This document shows, in pieces, positions 20,527-28,722 of a stretch of DNA of 64,000 nucleotides; position 1 is the first letter of the stretch, and each line of letters begins with the position of its first letter. The notes beneath the pieces were generated by a model. The model had not been told where the DNA came from. It saw only the letters and a list, made by a program, of their open reading frames with translations, and ran no database searches. The position numbers and the translations under genes are program-made. The stretch lies in contig JABIDK010000002.1 in NCBI GenBank assembly GCA_018651725.1, positions 36,904 through 100,903 of the forward strand. Reading direction: 5' to 3'. The stretch comes from Candidatus Falkowbacteria bacterium. Lineage in GTDB: Bacteria; Patescibacteriota; Patescibacteriia; JAACEG01.

Positions 20527-20919
20527 CTACTCTGCCAGCTTCATTAAATTATTAATTGTGGCGTAGATTAGGGATATTATTGAAAATAGGAAAATAACAA
20601 TGTAGTTCCATTTAGCTTTACTTGATCGAAGTCCTTTTAAGATATAAAGCAAAGTGTCACGATCGCCTTGGTTTAGTTCTTTTTTATTGTAAATTTTATA
20701 GGCCAATCTTCTCTCTTCAATAATTTTCGCCCTACTACTTGCCACCCGATACCGATGAGCAAAATACCAAATAAATCCGAGAGTTCCGATATACCAAGCA
20801 ATTTCCACCCACAAACTACTATAATTATTTAGAACAACAATAACCCGATAGGAAAAGGTTGCAATTACTCCTACCCAAAATAATAATACACGATAATATT
20901 TTTTACTAAGTTTGGCCAT
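20527..20919 (-). CDS. Hypothetical 3-TM membrane protein
   Basis: 130-aa ORF with three hydrophobic helices. Co-directional with neighbours. Confidence 0.45.
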   Translation of the reverse strand: MAKLSKKYYRVLLFWVGVIATFSYRVIVVLNNYSSLWVEIAWYIGTLGFIWYFAHRYRVASSRAKIIEERRLAYKIYNKKELNQGDRDTLLYILKGLRSSKAKWNYIVIFLFSIISLIYATINNLMKLAE

Positions 20920-20923
20920 AAAA

Positions 20924-21676
20924 TTAACTCACCTCCCCAACGGCTTTGCGGTAAGCGCAGTAGTCGCAGCTCCAGTGGGCGTTTGGAATTTTATCTTGTT
21001 CTAAGCACTCGCGTGTTTTTATTAATGTTTCTTCTATCCATTTATCATCCCCTTCATAAGGGATTAAAGTAATATCAAACTCCAATTTTCCGTCAAAAGC
21101 TTTTTTATCGGTAATGCCGTTACAATATACGAAATATCCTGTATCAGAAACTTTATGGTTATTTTTGCGAAGTAGCCACTGGTAAACTTCCATTTGTCTT
21201 TTATAACCAATCTGCCAACCTTTGTCCAGTTTCTCTATTTTTTCATTTTTGCTGGTTGCCTTATAATCAACCACCACAAGCTCTTTACTGGGCAACTGCC
21301 AAAGATCATCCACAGCTCCAAAAACCAAAAAATTTGTTGGCTCATGTAAGTACTGAACACCAACAAAGTTCTCTCGCCACTTATCCATATTCTCATGCAC
21401 AAAAGGCACGGCATCAACCCCGTAACTTTTCATCAAAGGATGGGCCGTTTTCTGAGCCCGATGAATATCAAATTCTTTTTTTAAAAGCGCATCCACAGCA
21501 GAGTTTAAAGCAAAAGGAAATCCCGGCGGCCTCCCAACCCCTAACCGACGATCCAAATAAAAACATCGCGGGCAATTCAAAAATAAATCAATCTTACTTC
21601 GACTCAATTTAAACATCTGCTCAGAGCCCGGAACAAACAAGTTCCGACTCCTTCTTGAATTATAGTACTTTGACAT
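20924..21676 (-). CDS. PD-(D/E)xK nuclease, Cas4/RecB-family-like with 4 Cys (putative Fe-S)
   Basis: N-terminal CPRC and C-terminal HWSCDYC cysteines; GAVDD...VVVDYK (D...D-x-K) and QMEVYQW (RecB-family QxxxY motif). Start placed at MSKYY (21676), one nt after the tatD stop. Confidence 0.55.
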   Translation of the reverse strand: MSKYYNSRRSRNLFVPGSEQMFKLSRSKIDLFLNCPRCFYLDRRLGVGRPPGFPFALNSAVDALLKKEFDIHRAQKTAHPLMKSYGVDAVPFVHENMDKWRENFVGVQYLHEPTNFLVFGAVDDLWQLPSKELVVVDYKATSKNEKIEKLDKGWQIGYKRQMEVYQWLLRKNNHKVSDTGYFVYCNGITDKKAFDGKLEFDITLIPYEGDDKWIEETLIKTRECLEQDKIPNAHWSCDYCAYRKAVGEVS

Positions 21677-21677
21677 A

Positions 21678-22517
21678 TTAAATATTAAAAAATCTTTTTG
21701 CGTTTTCGGTTGTTGTTTTGACAATTTCTTCCACGCTTACCCCTCTTATTTCCGCAATTTTCTTAGCGATATATTTTACGTAAACCGGTTCGTTTCGCTC
21801 TCCTCTATGTGGTGGCGGAGTTAAGTATGGAGCATCGGTTTCTATCATAAATTTATCTGCTGGGATTTCTTTAATCCATTCAAAACCTTTAACAAAATTT
21901 ACTAAACCGGTAAAGGAAATTATAAATCCCAAATCAAAATACTTATTTGCTGTTTCAAGATTTTCGTTAAAGCAATGAATCACTCCGCGCGCTTTTGGAT
22001 AATCTGCTTTTAACTCTTGCAAAATTTTAAGTAAATCTTGATGAGCATCCCGACAGTGAACAATAATCGGTAAATCCAACTCTTGCGCCAATTTAAACTG
22101 TCTTATAAAAACTTGCTTTTGCTTTTCTTTTACTTTTTCAACCTCATCATCTGTTAATTCTTTTTTAGCCCTGTCACCAATATGAAAATAATCCAAACCA
22201 ACTTCACCGATAGCAGCCACTTTTTTACTTTTGGCTAAATCTTTGTAAGCATTATAATCAAATTTTTCCGCCCGAGATTCAAATTGAATCTCCTCTTCGT
22301 CCACGGTAAATTCCTCTAAATGAATTGGGTGAAGACCAATAGCCGCATAAACTCCTTCATTATATTTTTCCGCAATCTTAACGGCCCGAACAGAAGTGGT
22401 AAATTGAGAACCAACATTAATAAGCCAAGTATTATTATCCAAGGCTCGTTTAATAACCTCCTCGCTATCGTTACGATAAGCATTAAAATTGATATGACAA
22501 TGTGTATCAATTAATTT
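21678..22517 (-). CDS. TatD-family metal-dependent DNase/hydrolase
   Basis: LIDTHCHINF...; HCRDAHQD; ETDAPYLTP, the TatD signature. Start set at MKLIDTHCH. Confidence 0.85.
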   Translation of the reverse strand, partial: KLIDTHCHINFNAYRNDSEEVIKRALDNNTWLINVGSQFTTSVRAVKIAEKYNEGVYAAIGLHPIHLEEFTVDEEEIQFESRAEKFDYNAYKDLAKSKKVAAIGEVGLDYFHIGDRAKKELTDDEVEKVKEKQKQVFIRQFKLAQELDLPIIVHCRDAHQDLLKILQELKADYPKARGVIHCFNENLETANKYFDLGFIISFTGLVNFVKGFEWIKEIPADKFMIETDAPYLTPPPHRGERNEPVYVKYIAKKIAEIRGVSVEEIVKTTTENAKRFFNI

Positions 22518-23016
22518 CATAATGATTAGATGAGTTTGCGCAACATATCGCCACTGCCAAGGCATCGGCGGCGTCGTCTGGACGCGGAATTTCTTTTAAT
22601 TTTAAAAGCATTTTTACCATTTCTTGGACTTGTTTTTTTTCTGCTCGCCCATAAGAAGCAACGGCTTGTTTTATCTGTAATGGAGTATATTCTTCAATTG
22701 GTAGTCCGGCCTGAATTCCGGTTAGCATTATCACTCCCCTAGCTTGCCCCACTTCAATCGCAGTCTTAACGTTCTTAGAAAAAAACAACTCCTCCACAGC
22801 CATTTTATTTGGCTTGTATTCCTTTATTACTTCTTTCAACTCTCTATGAACCTGTGCTAACCTGGCGGGAAATGGCAATTTTGCCATAGTTGTAATCGCC
22901 CCATACTCAATCATCTTCAAATCTCCGTTCTTACTTTTCTCTACAATTCCATAACCAACAATCGCAAACCCGGGGTCGATGCCAAGAATAATTTCTTTTT
23001 CATTTTTAGAAATCAT
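22507..23016 (-). CDS. ruvC: Holliday junction resolvase RuvC
   Basis: ILGIDPGFAIVGYGIVE...; 169 aa; acidic catalytic residues in the expected spacing. Confidence 0.9.
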   Translation of the reverse strand: MISKNEKEIILGIDPGFAIVGYGIVEKSKNGDLKMIEYGAITTMAKLPFPARLAQVHRELKEVIKEYKPNKMAVEELFFSKNVKTAIEVGQARGVIMLTGIQAGLPIEEYTPLQIKQAVASYGRAEKKQVQEMVKMLLKLKEIPRPDDAADALAVAICCANSSNHYEIN

Positions 23017-23750
23017 AATTCAATATCAGCGTTCGTATAAAAATTATTTACATCGTCGTTATCGTCTAAAGCTTCAAATAATTTTTGGAATTTTTCTTTT
23101 TCTTTGTTGTCGGTTATTTCTTTTTCTTCTTTTGGAACGTATTCAAGCTCAGCATAATTTACAATGATATTTTTTTTATCCAATTCTTCTCTTGTTTTCT
23201 GAAAATTCTCTACTTTAGTATAAATTATTAAATCATTTTCTTCTATTATTATATCTTCTAAGCCAAAATCTATTAACTCCAACTCTAGCTCGTCCTTGTC
23301 TTTTATTTTGTTCTTATAGTCCTCAATTCGTATCACTCCTTTTCTTTCAAATTGCCACATAACACTGTTTGGTCCGCCTAAAGATCCGCCGGCCTTGGAA
23401 AAAATATGCCTAATTTCTGACACTGATCTATTTTTATTATCGGTCAAAGCCTCAACAACAAAAAAACTATTGCTCGGTCCAAAAGCTTCGTAAACTATCT
23501 CCTCAATTGTGTCTCCCTTAAGTTCTCCGGTTCCTTTTTTTATTGCTCTCTCAATATTATCCTTGGGCGTGTTAACTGATCGCGCTTTGTCGATCGCTAC
23601 TTTTAATTTAAAATTAGTATCCGGGTCTCCTCCGCCATCGCGAGCCGCTACGGTAATATTTTTCGCCATCTTAGTAAAAATAGCCCCCCGTTTCTGATCA
23701 GCTGCTCCTTTTTGCCTTTTAATTGTCGACCATTTACTGTGTCCGGACAT
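23013..23750 (-). CDS. YebC/PmpR family DNA-binding regulator
   Basis: MSGHSKWSTIKRQKGAADQKRGAIFTKMAKNITVAARDGGGDPDTNFKL, highly conserved family signature. Confidence 0.9.
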   Translation of the reverse strand: MSGHSKWSTIKRQKGAADQKRGAIFTKMAKNITVAARDGGGDPDTNFKLKVAIDKARSVNTPKDNIERAIKKGTGELKGDTIEEIVYEAFGPSNSFFVVEALTDNKNRSVSEIRHIFSKAGGSLGGPNSVMWQFERKGVIRIEDYKNKIKDKDELELELIDFGLEDIIIEENDLIIYTKVENFQKTREELDKKNIIVNYAELEYVPKEEKEITDNKEKEKFQKLFEALDDNDDVNNFYTNADIEL

Positions 23751-23802
23751 AAATTATTTTAACATTTAAGCATATAAACATTTAAACAATTATTTATAAA
23801 AC

Positions 23803-25053
23803 TTACAGTTTAATTTTTACAAAGTGACGCTTTCCTTTTTGTAGGATTTTCCACCCTTTATCTACTGATACATTTTCTGTAACATTTTTTATAATCTTTT
23901 TATTAAATTTAACTCCGCCCTGCTCTACAACTCTTCTTGCTTCACTTTTGGAAGAACATAATTTTGTTTTTACTAATAAATCTAAAATATTTACTGAATA
24001 CTCCTCTCTTTCCACTAGTTCTTTTTTATCATTTTTTAATTTCAATTTTAACCATTTTTTATCTATTTTTTCTTCTTTAATATCTTTTGGAACTCCTTTG
24101 TCTTGAAAAACCTTTTTAAAGTTTTCTTCCGCGTTTAAAGCATCTTTTTCACTGTGATACATTGTGATAATTTCTCTTGCTAAACGCATTTTCAAATCTC
24201 TTGGATTGAGCTTGTTAGCTTTTAAATCTTTTTTTATTTTTTGAATTTCTTGCATTTCCATGTCTGTTGCCAGTTCAAAATACTTTAACACTCCTTCGTC
24301 CCGCATAGACATAATCTTGCCATATATATCGTTTGGCTCATCTTCAATTAAAATAACATTCCCCCAGCTGGTGCTCATTTTCCGCCCGTCTGTTCCGTCC
24401 ATGAGTTCGTAAGTAATAACATCCTGCGGTTTTTGATTGTAAGCTTTTTGCAAAGTTCGACCTGCTAACATATTAAACAACTGGTCACTGCCACCGATTT
24501 CAATATCAGCTTTAATTGCCACACTATCATAGCCTTGCATTAATGGATAAAACAACTCTCGCAGAGATATTCTTGTTCCTTCTTTATATCGTTTGGAAAA
24601 ATTTTCTCTGTCCAAAATTTGTGCCACAGAAAAATTATCAGCTTGGCGACAAATATCAAAATAATCCAACTTCCCCAACCATTCGCTATTATAATGCACT
24701 TCTGCTTTTTTAATATCAATAACTTGACCTATCTGTGGAAGATAATTTTCCATATTCTTTTTAATATCATCGTAAGTCAACATTGGTCGTTCGTTGGTTT
24801 TATCGGATGCATCCCCGATTTGAGCGGTAAAATCACCTACAATCAAAACTATTTGATGCCCCAATTCCTGAAATTTAGCCAATTTCCTCATAGTTGAAGC
24901 CCGTCCCAAATGAATCTTCGGCCCGGTTGGGTCAACCCCATATTTAATTCGCAATTTTTTACCTGATTTTAATTTTTCTTCTAAGTCCTTTTTCACAATT
25001 AAATCAACTGTCCCCCGAGTTAAAAGTTCCTGTATTTTTTGTTCTTTTGTCAT
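23803..25053 (-). CDS. tyrS: Tyrosyl-tRNA synthetase (class I, with C-terminal S4 domain)
   Basis: GVDPTGPKIHLGRA (HIGH-type motif), KMSTSWGN (KMSKS), C-terminal S4-like SKSEARRVVEQGGVKFN. Confidence 0.85.
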   Translation of the reverse strand: MTKEQKIQELLTRGTVDLIVKKDLEEKLKSGKKLRIKYGVDPTGPKIHLGRASTMRKLAKFQELGHQIVLIVGDFTAQIGDASDKTNERPMLTYDDIKKNMENYLPQIGQVIDIKKAEVHYNSEWLGKLDYFDICRQADNFSVAQILDRENFSKRYKEGTRISLRELFYPLMQGYDSVAIKADIEIGGSDQLFNMLAGRTLQKAYNQKPQDVITYELMDGTDGRKMSTSWGNVILIEDEPNDIYGKIMSMRDEGVLKYFELATDMEMQEIQKIKKDLKANKLNPRDLKMRLAREIITMYHSEKDALNAEENFKKVFQDKGVPKDIKEEKIDKKWLKLKLKNDKKELVEREEYSVNILDLLVKTKLCSSKSEARRVVEQGGVKFNKKIIKNVTENVSVDKGWKILQKGKRHFVKIKL

Positions 25054-25171
25054 AAAAAATAGCGACCCGAATTATCCAAATTAACCATCCGAATGACCCG
25101 AATATTTATAAATTTAAATTATTTTAATAATAACAAAACAATGTCGAAAAAGCAAATTTAAGGCCAAAAAA

Positions 25172-25202
25172 CTTGACAAAAAAGATAAAAAGCTTATATT
25201 TA
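25172..25202 (+). promoter_or_regulatory. Near-consensus sigma-70 promoter (TTGACA-16/17-TATATT) driving the GC-rich ncRNA
   Basis: cTTGACAaaaaagataaaaagctTATATTtaag at 25173-25200. Confidence 0.5.
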
Positions 25203-25207
25203 AGACT

Positions 25208-25610
25208 AAACGCTGTACATTTTCATCTAACCAGCGAGGAAAACCTCGCCAACCGTGGGAAAACCCACGAAAGGAGTCGCCTATGATAGGCAACTTGAAT
25301 GTAATGTTTTTTTCTTCTTCCGTTATGGCCGCTCATAATGACGCTAAATCAGACGCGCAGAGCGCCACTTCCCCCCATCTGATTAAGATGACCTAATCCA
25401 TCCCGAGACTTCTTAAGAAGGAGGATAGCAATTGTACACAAAGTACAGACTGGGCACGACCGAGGTTCGTGTATCCAGCCTAAGGAAAAGGCAGTGAGCC
25501 AGATAGGCTATGCCCCGGTTACTGTTTATGTAGTAGCCGAAACATGGCAACGTTGAAAAGGCCACCAATCCCACATACTCCCGAGGAGAGATAAAACTAT
25601 CTCCTCGGGT
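25208..25610 (+). ncRNA. Unclassified ~400-nt structured non-coding RNA (class not determined; RNase P RNA or tmRNA not confirmed)
   Basis: Markedly G+C-richer than all flanking DNA. Bounded by a consensus promoter and a strong intrinsic terminator. Tandem hairpins GCGAGGaaaaCCTCGC, CGTGGGaaaaCCCACG, GCCTAtgaTAGGC and others. Only spurious or short ORFs present. Confidence 0.45.
25570..25610 (+). terminator. Intrinsic terminator of the GC-rich ncRNA
   Basis: CCCGAGGAGAgataaaactaTCTCCTCGGG + TTCTTTTTTTT (10-bp perfect stem). Confidence 0.7.
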
Positions 25611-25671
25611 TCTTTTTTTTATAAAATAAACCCCAAATAACCAATAACAAATACCCAATCACAATTTTCAT

Positions 25672-25700
25672 TTGACACTAAAAGTAAAATTTGCTATAGT
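25672..25700 (+). promoter_or_regulatory. nusA promoter (TTGACA-17-TATAGT)
   Basis: tTTGACActaaaagtaaaatttgcTATAGTa. Confidence 0.5.
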
Positions 25701-25713
25701 AAAAATACTAAAT

Positions 25714-25744
25714 AAGTAGCCTAAAAAGCTACTTATTCTTTTTA
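25714..25744 (+). promoter_or_regulatory. Leader stem-loop with U-run in the nusA 5'-UTR (attenuator-like)
   Basis: AAGTAGCctaaaaaGCTACTT followed by ATTCTTTTTA, between the predicted TSS and ATG 25766. Confidence 0.35.
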
Positions 25745-25765
25745 CTAAATTAAATAAACAAAACT

Positions 25766-27154
25766 ATGTTAGACCAAAAACAATTCTCTTTAGCTTTGAA
25801 ACAAATTTGTGAAGAAAAAGGAATTTCTGAAAAACAAGTTCTTGAAACTATTGAGTCAGCTCTTGCGGCTGCTTATCGCAAGGACTATGGTAATAAACTG
25901 CAAAATATTAAGGTTGAATTTAGCCCTGAAGATGGTAGTACTAAAATATATGATATAAAAACAGTTGTTGAGGATATGCCGGAGGAAGAAGAGATTGAAG
26001 AATCTCAAGATCAAAAAGAAGATAAGCAAGGAAAAGATAACAAAGCTAAAGAAAAAACAAAAAAAGATGAAACCTCCTCTGCTGAAGCCATGGCAGACGA
26101 GGAAGAAATTAGAAAGTTTAATCCTAAAACTGAGATTCAACTTACAGATGCCAAGGAAATAAAGAAAAAATATAAAATCGGCGATGAAATAATTACTAAG
26201 CTGGAAAAACCGGAAGGATATGGCCGAATGGCTGCTCAAACCGCCAAGCAAGTAATTATTCAAAAACTACGCGAAGCGGAAAGACATACTTTGTACGAAG
26301 AAATGAAAGACCAAGCAGGTAAAGTTATAAACGGCGTTATTGAACGATACGATCGCCGTTTTGTTAGTATTAGCATTGGACGGGCTACAGCTTTTTTACC
26401 GCCCGAAGAACAAATCAGAGGTGAAATGTATAACGTTGGCGCGCAAATGAAGTTTTATATTGTGTCTGTAGAAGAAAACGCTAAAGGTCCAAGAATTATA
26501 GTTTCTCGTAGGAATGAAGAGATATTAAAAGAACTTTTCTATCTGGAAATCCCGGAGATCTCAAGCGGGGTTGTAGAAATCAAGGCTATTGCCAGAGAAG
26601 CCGGGGAAAGGTCAAAAGTTGCAGTATCTACCGACGACAGCTCAATTGATCCGATTGGATCTTGTATTGGCCAACGCGGAAACAGAATCCAAACAATTAT
26701 TAATGAATTAAACGGTGAAAAAATAGATATTATAGAGCACAGCGATGATGTAGAGCGGTTTATTCAAAATTCTCTTTCACCAGCCAAAATTACCTCTGCA
26801 AAAATTAACGAAAAAGAAAATCAAGCTATTGTTCAAGTAAAGTCAGACCAATTCTCTCTAGCAATCGGTAAAGGCGGGCAAAATGTAAGACTAGCCACAA
26901 AACTAACCAACTGGAAAATTGATATCGAGGAGATAACAGAAAAAGGAAAAAAAGAAGAAAACAACAAAATAGAAAAACAAGACGATGACGAGAAGGAAGA
27001 AGAGGGAAAAGAGAAAAAACCTAAAGAAGAGAAAAAAGAAAAAAAAGATGGGAAAAAACCTAAAGACAAGAAAGACGATAAAAAAAAAGATGGGGATAAA
27101 AAAGAGAAGAAGGCAGAAAAGAAAAAAGACAAAGTAAAAAAAGACAAAAAATAA
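25766..27154 (+). CDS. nusA: Transcription termination/antitermination factor NusA with long charged insertion and Lys-rich C-terminal tail
   Basis: N-terminal NusA domain (LETIESALAAAYRKDYG), S1 domain, two KH domains (GSCIGQRGNRIQTI; AIGKGGQNVRLATKLTNWKIDI). About 45-aa acidic insert and about 75-aa K/E/D low-complexity tail. Confidence 0.85.
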   Translation: MLDQKQFSLALKQICEEKGISEKQVLETIESALAAAYRKDYGNKLQNIKVEFSPEDGSTKIYDIKTVVEDMPEEEEIEESQDQKEDKQGKDNKAKEKTKKDETSSAEAMADEEEIRKFNPKTEIQLTDAKEIKKKYKIGDEIITKLEKPEGYGRMAAQTAKQVIIQKLREAERHTLYEEMKDQAGKVINGVIERYDRRFVSISIGRATAFLPPEEQIRGEMYNVGAQMKFYIVSVEENAKGPRIIVSRRNEEILKELFYLEIPEISSGVVEIKAIAREAGERSKVAVSTDDSSIDPIGSCIGQRGNRIQTIINELNGEKIDIIEHSDDVERFIQNSLSPAKITSAKINEKENQAIVQVKSDQFSLAIGKGGQNVRLATKLTNWKIDIEEITEKGKKEENNKIEKQDDDEKEEEGKEKKPKEEKKEKKDGKKPKDKKDDKKKDGDKKEKKAEKKKDKVKKDKK

Positions 27155-27224
27155 TATAAATAACTACAACATCTAAACGTTAATCCGCTGGCTGGCGGAG
27201 CTTAAATGTTAAAACAATTACCCT

Positions 27225-28508
27225 ATGACTATCACAACAAAAAAACTACCAAAAAATCAAGCTGAGCTTACTATCGAAGTTGAGTACGATAAAATTATTC
27301 CATTTTTAGAAAAAGCCGCTCCTCGCTTGAGCGAAAAACAAAAAATCGACGGTTTTAGACCGGGAAAAGCTCCTTACGATGTAATCAAACAAAAGTTCGG
27401 TGAAGCCGCTATCTTGAATGAAGCCTTAGACGATATAATCAGAAAACATTATATTGATGCTGTAGCCAAAGAAAAACTAGAACCGATTGATATGCCAAAA
27501 GTTGATGTTGTAAAAATAGCTCCTGGGAATCCGCTTGTCTTTAAGGCAACCATTTCTCTTTTGCCACACATTAAACTCTGTGACATAAAAAAAATAAAAG
27601 TTAATAAAAAAGAAGTAAAGGTTGATGAAAAAAAAGTAGACACAGCTATTAAACACATAGCTGAAAGTCGCGGTAAAGAGAAGTTGGTTGACAAAAAAGC
27701 TGGAAAAAGTGACATTCTTGAAGTTGATATGGACATCCTTCAAAACAATGTTTCAATAGAAGGTGGTCTTGCCAAAGGACATAAAATAATAATGGGAGAA
27801 CCTCACTATATTCCCGGATTTGAAGAAAAATTAAAAGATACAAAAGCCGGAGATAAGAAAGAATTTGAAGTAACTTTTCCAAAAGACCACTACAATAAAA
27901 ACTTAGCCGGTAAACCAGTTGTCTGCAAAGTTGAAGTAAAAGGAGTTTACGAAAGAGAGATTCCAAAAATAGACGATGAGTTTGCCAAATCTTTAGGAAA
28001 ATTTAAAAATTTAAAAGAACTAAAAGACCAAGTAAAAGATAATATTGAAAAAGAAGATAAAGTGAAAGAAGAACAACGTCAAGAGTTGGAGATGCTTGAA
28101 AACCTTGTAAAAGAGTCAGAATTTGATGAAATACCGGAGGTATTACTTAAAGAAGAAACAAGAAAAATGATCGAGGAATTAAAAGCAAACCTAGCTCAAC
28201 AAGGAGTTAAACTTGAAGACTATTTAATTCATCTTAAAAAATCAACCGAAGAACTTCAAAAAGACTTTTTACCTCAATCAGAGAAAAGGGTTAAAACCGG
28301 ATTATTAATCCGTGAGTATGTTAATAAGAATAAAATAGAGACCACCGAAGAAGATGTTGAGAAAGAAATAGAAAAAATGCTGGCACACTATCCCAAAGAA
28401 GAAGAAACCCAAAAGCAAATAAAGTCAGAAGAGCACAAAAACTACTTAAAAACAATCTTAGTCAACCGTAAGGCGATTAAAAGGTTGAAAAAAGAAATAA
28501 TTAAATAA
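27225..28508 (+). CDS. tig: Trigger factor
   Basis: 427 aa; N-terminal ribosome-binding signature GFRPGKAPYDVI; PPIase-like middle and helical C-terminal arm. Confidence 0.85.
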   Translation: MTITTKKLPKNQAELTIEVEYDKIIPFLEKAAPRLSEKQKIDGFRPGKAPYDVIKQKFGEAAILNEALDDIIRKHYIDAVAKEKLEPIDMPKVDVVKIAPGNPLVFKATISLLPHIKLCDIKKIKVNKKEVKVDEKKVDTAIKHIAESRGKEKLVDKKAGKSDILEVDMDILQNNVSIEGGLAKGHKIIMGEPHYIPGFEEKLKDTKAGDKKEFEVTFPKDHYNKNLAGKPVVCKVEVKGVYEREIPKIDDEFAKSLGKFKNLKELKDQVKDNIEKEDKVKEEQRQELEMLENLVKESEFDEIPEVLLKEETRKMIEELKANLAQQGVKLEDYLIHLKKSTEELQKDFLPQSEKRVKTGLLIREYVNKNKIETTEEDVEKEIEKMLAHYPKEEETQKQIKSEEHKNYLKTILVNRKAIKRLKKEIIK

Positions 28509-28534
28509 AAAAACACATTAAAATTTTTTGCTAT

Positions 28535-28561
28535 TGACAAAGTTTTTTAATGTGGTATGAT
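28535..28561 (+). promoter_or_regulatory. Strong promoter (TTGACA-15-TGgTATGAT extended -10) with no protein gene downstream on this strand
   Basis: tTTGACAaagttttttaatgTGgTATGATg. Confidence 0.45.
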
Positions 28562-28567
28562 GAAATA

Positions 28568-28722
28568 TCCTAAAAGAGAGCAATAAAAACAACAATTTTA
28601 AACCTGTTTTTGAATCTGCAGACACGACAAGCATGGAAATTTTTCAAAAGGATTTTTTGGCCTTTGGCTAAAAAACTCCTCTTGTTGATTTCTAGTCTGC
28701 AGTTTCAAGAGCAGGTTTTTTT
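28568..28722 (+). ncRNA. Candidate small RNA (~150 nt) formed largely by a long imperfect stem ending in a U-run
   Basis: Arm 28603-28623 (CCTGTTTTTGAATCTGCAGAC) pairs with arm 28695-28715 (GTCTGCAGTTTCAAGAGCAGG) at 18/21 Watson-Crick plus 2 G-U, enclosing about 70 nt. Followed by TTTTTTT. Downstream of the strong promoter. The same hairpin could also terminate tig and the convergent VanW-like gene. Confidence 0.35.

Noticed and set aside
20924-21676. Possible CRISPR-Cas locus because of the Cas4-like gene
   Set aside because: No repeat-spacer array and no cas1/cas2 or effector genes anywhere in the 64 kb; treated as a standalone nuclease.
25283-25396. 37-codon plus-strand ORF (MIGNLNVMFFSSSVMAAHNDAKSDAQSATSPHLIKMT) with AGGAG SD inside the ncRNA region
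   Set aside because: Possible small protein, but it sits inside strongly base-paired GC-rich sequence and has no recognisable features. Noted for checking, not called as a CDS.
25208-25610. Attempt to classify the GC-rich RNA as RNase P RNA, tmRNA, SRP RNA or a tyrS T-box leader
   Set aside because: No GGAAAGUCCGGGC / ACAGAACCCGGC P4 strands in either orientation. No tmRNA 5' GGGG...GGUUUCGAC, T-arm/CCA 3' end or tag ORF ending in Ala-Ala. No SRP domain-IV GGAA/AGCAG motif. No T-box AAUUAGGGUGGNACC on the tyrS (minus) strand of 25054-25172. Left unclassified rather than forced.
25413-25658. 81-aa minus-strand ORF in the track
   Set aside because: Lies entirely within the GC-rich structured region transcribed from the plus-strand promoter and overlaps its terminator. 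No RBS. Composition is driven by GC-rich RNA stems, so it is almost certainly not coding.
26833-27147. 104-aa minus-strand ORF rich in Ser/Phe
   Set aside because: Antisense to the nusA Lys/Glu-rich tail (AAG/GAA repeats read as CTT/TTC); a low-complexity artefact.
27160-27224. Weak hairpin (TCCGCtggctgGCGGA) between nusA and tig as a terminator
   Set aside because: Only a 5-bp stem and no U-run. More likely neutral or a minor pause site; not annotated.
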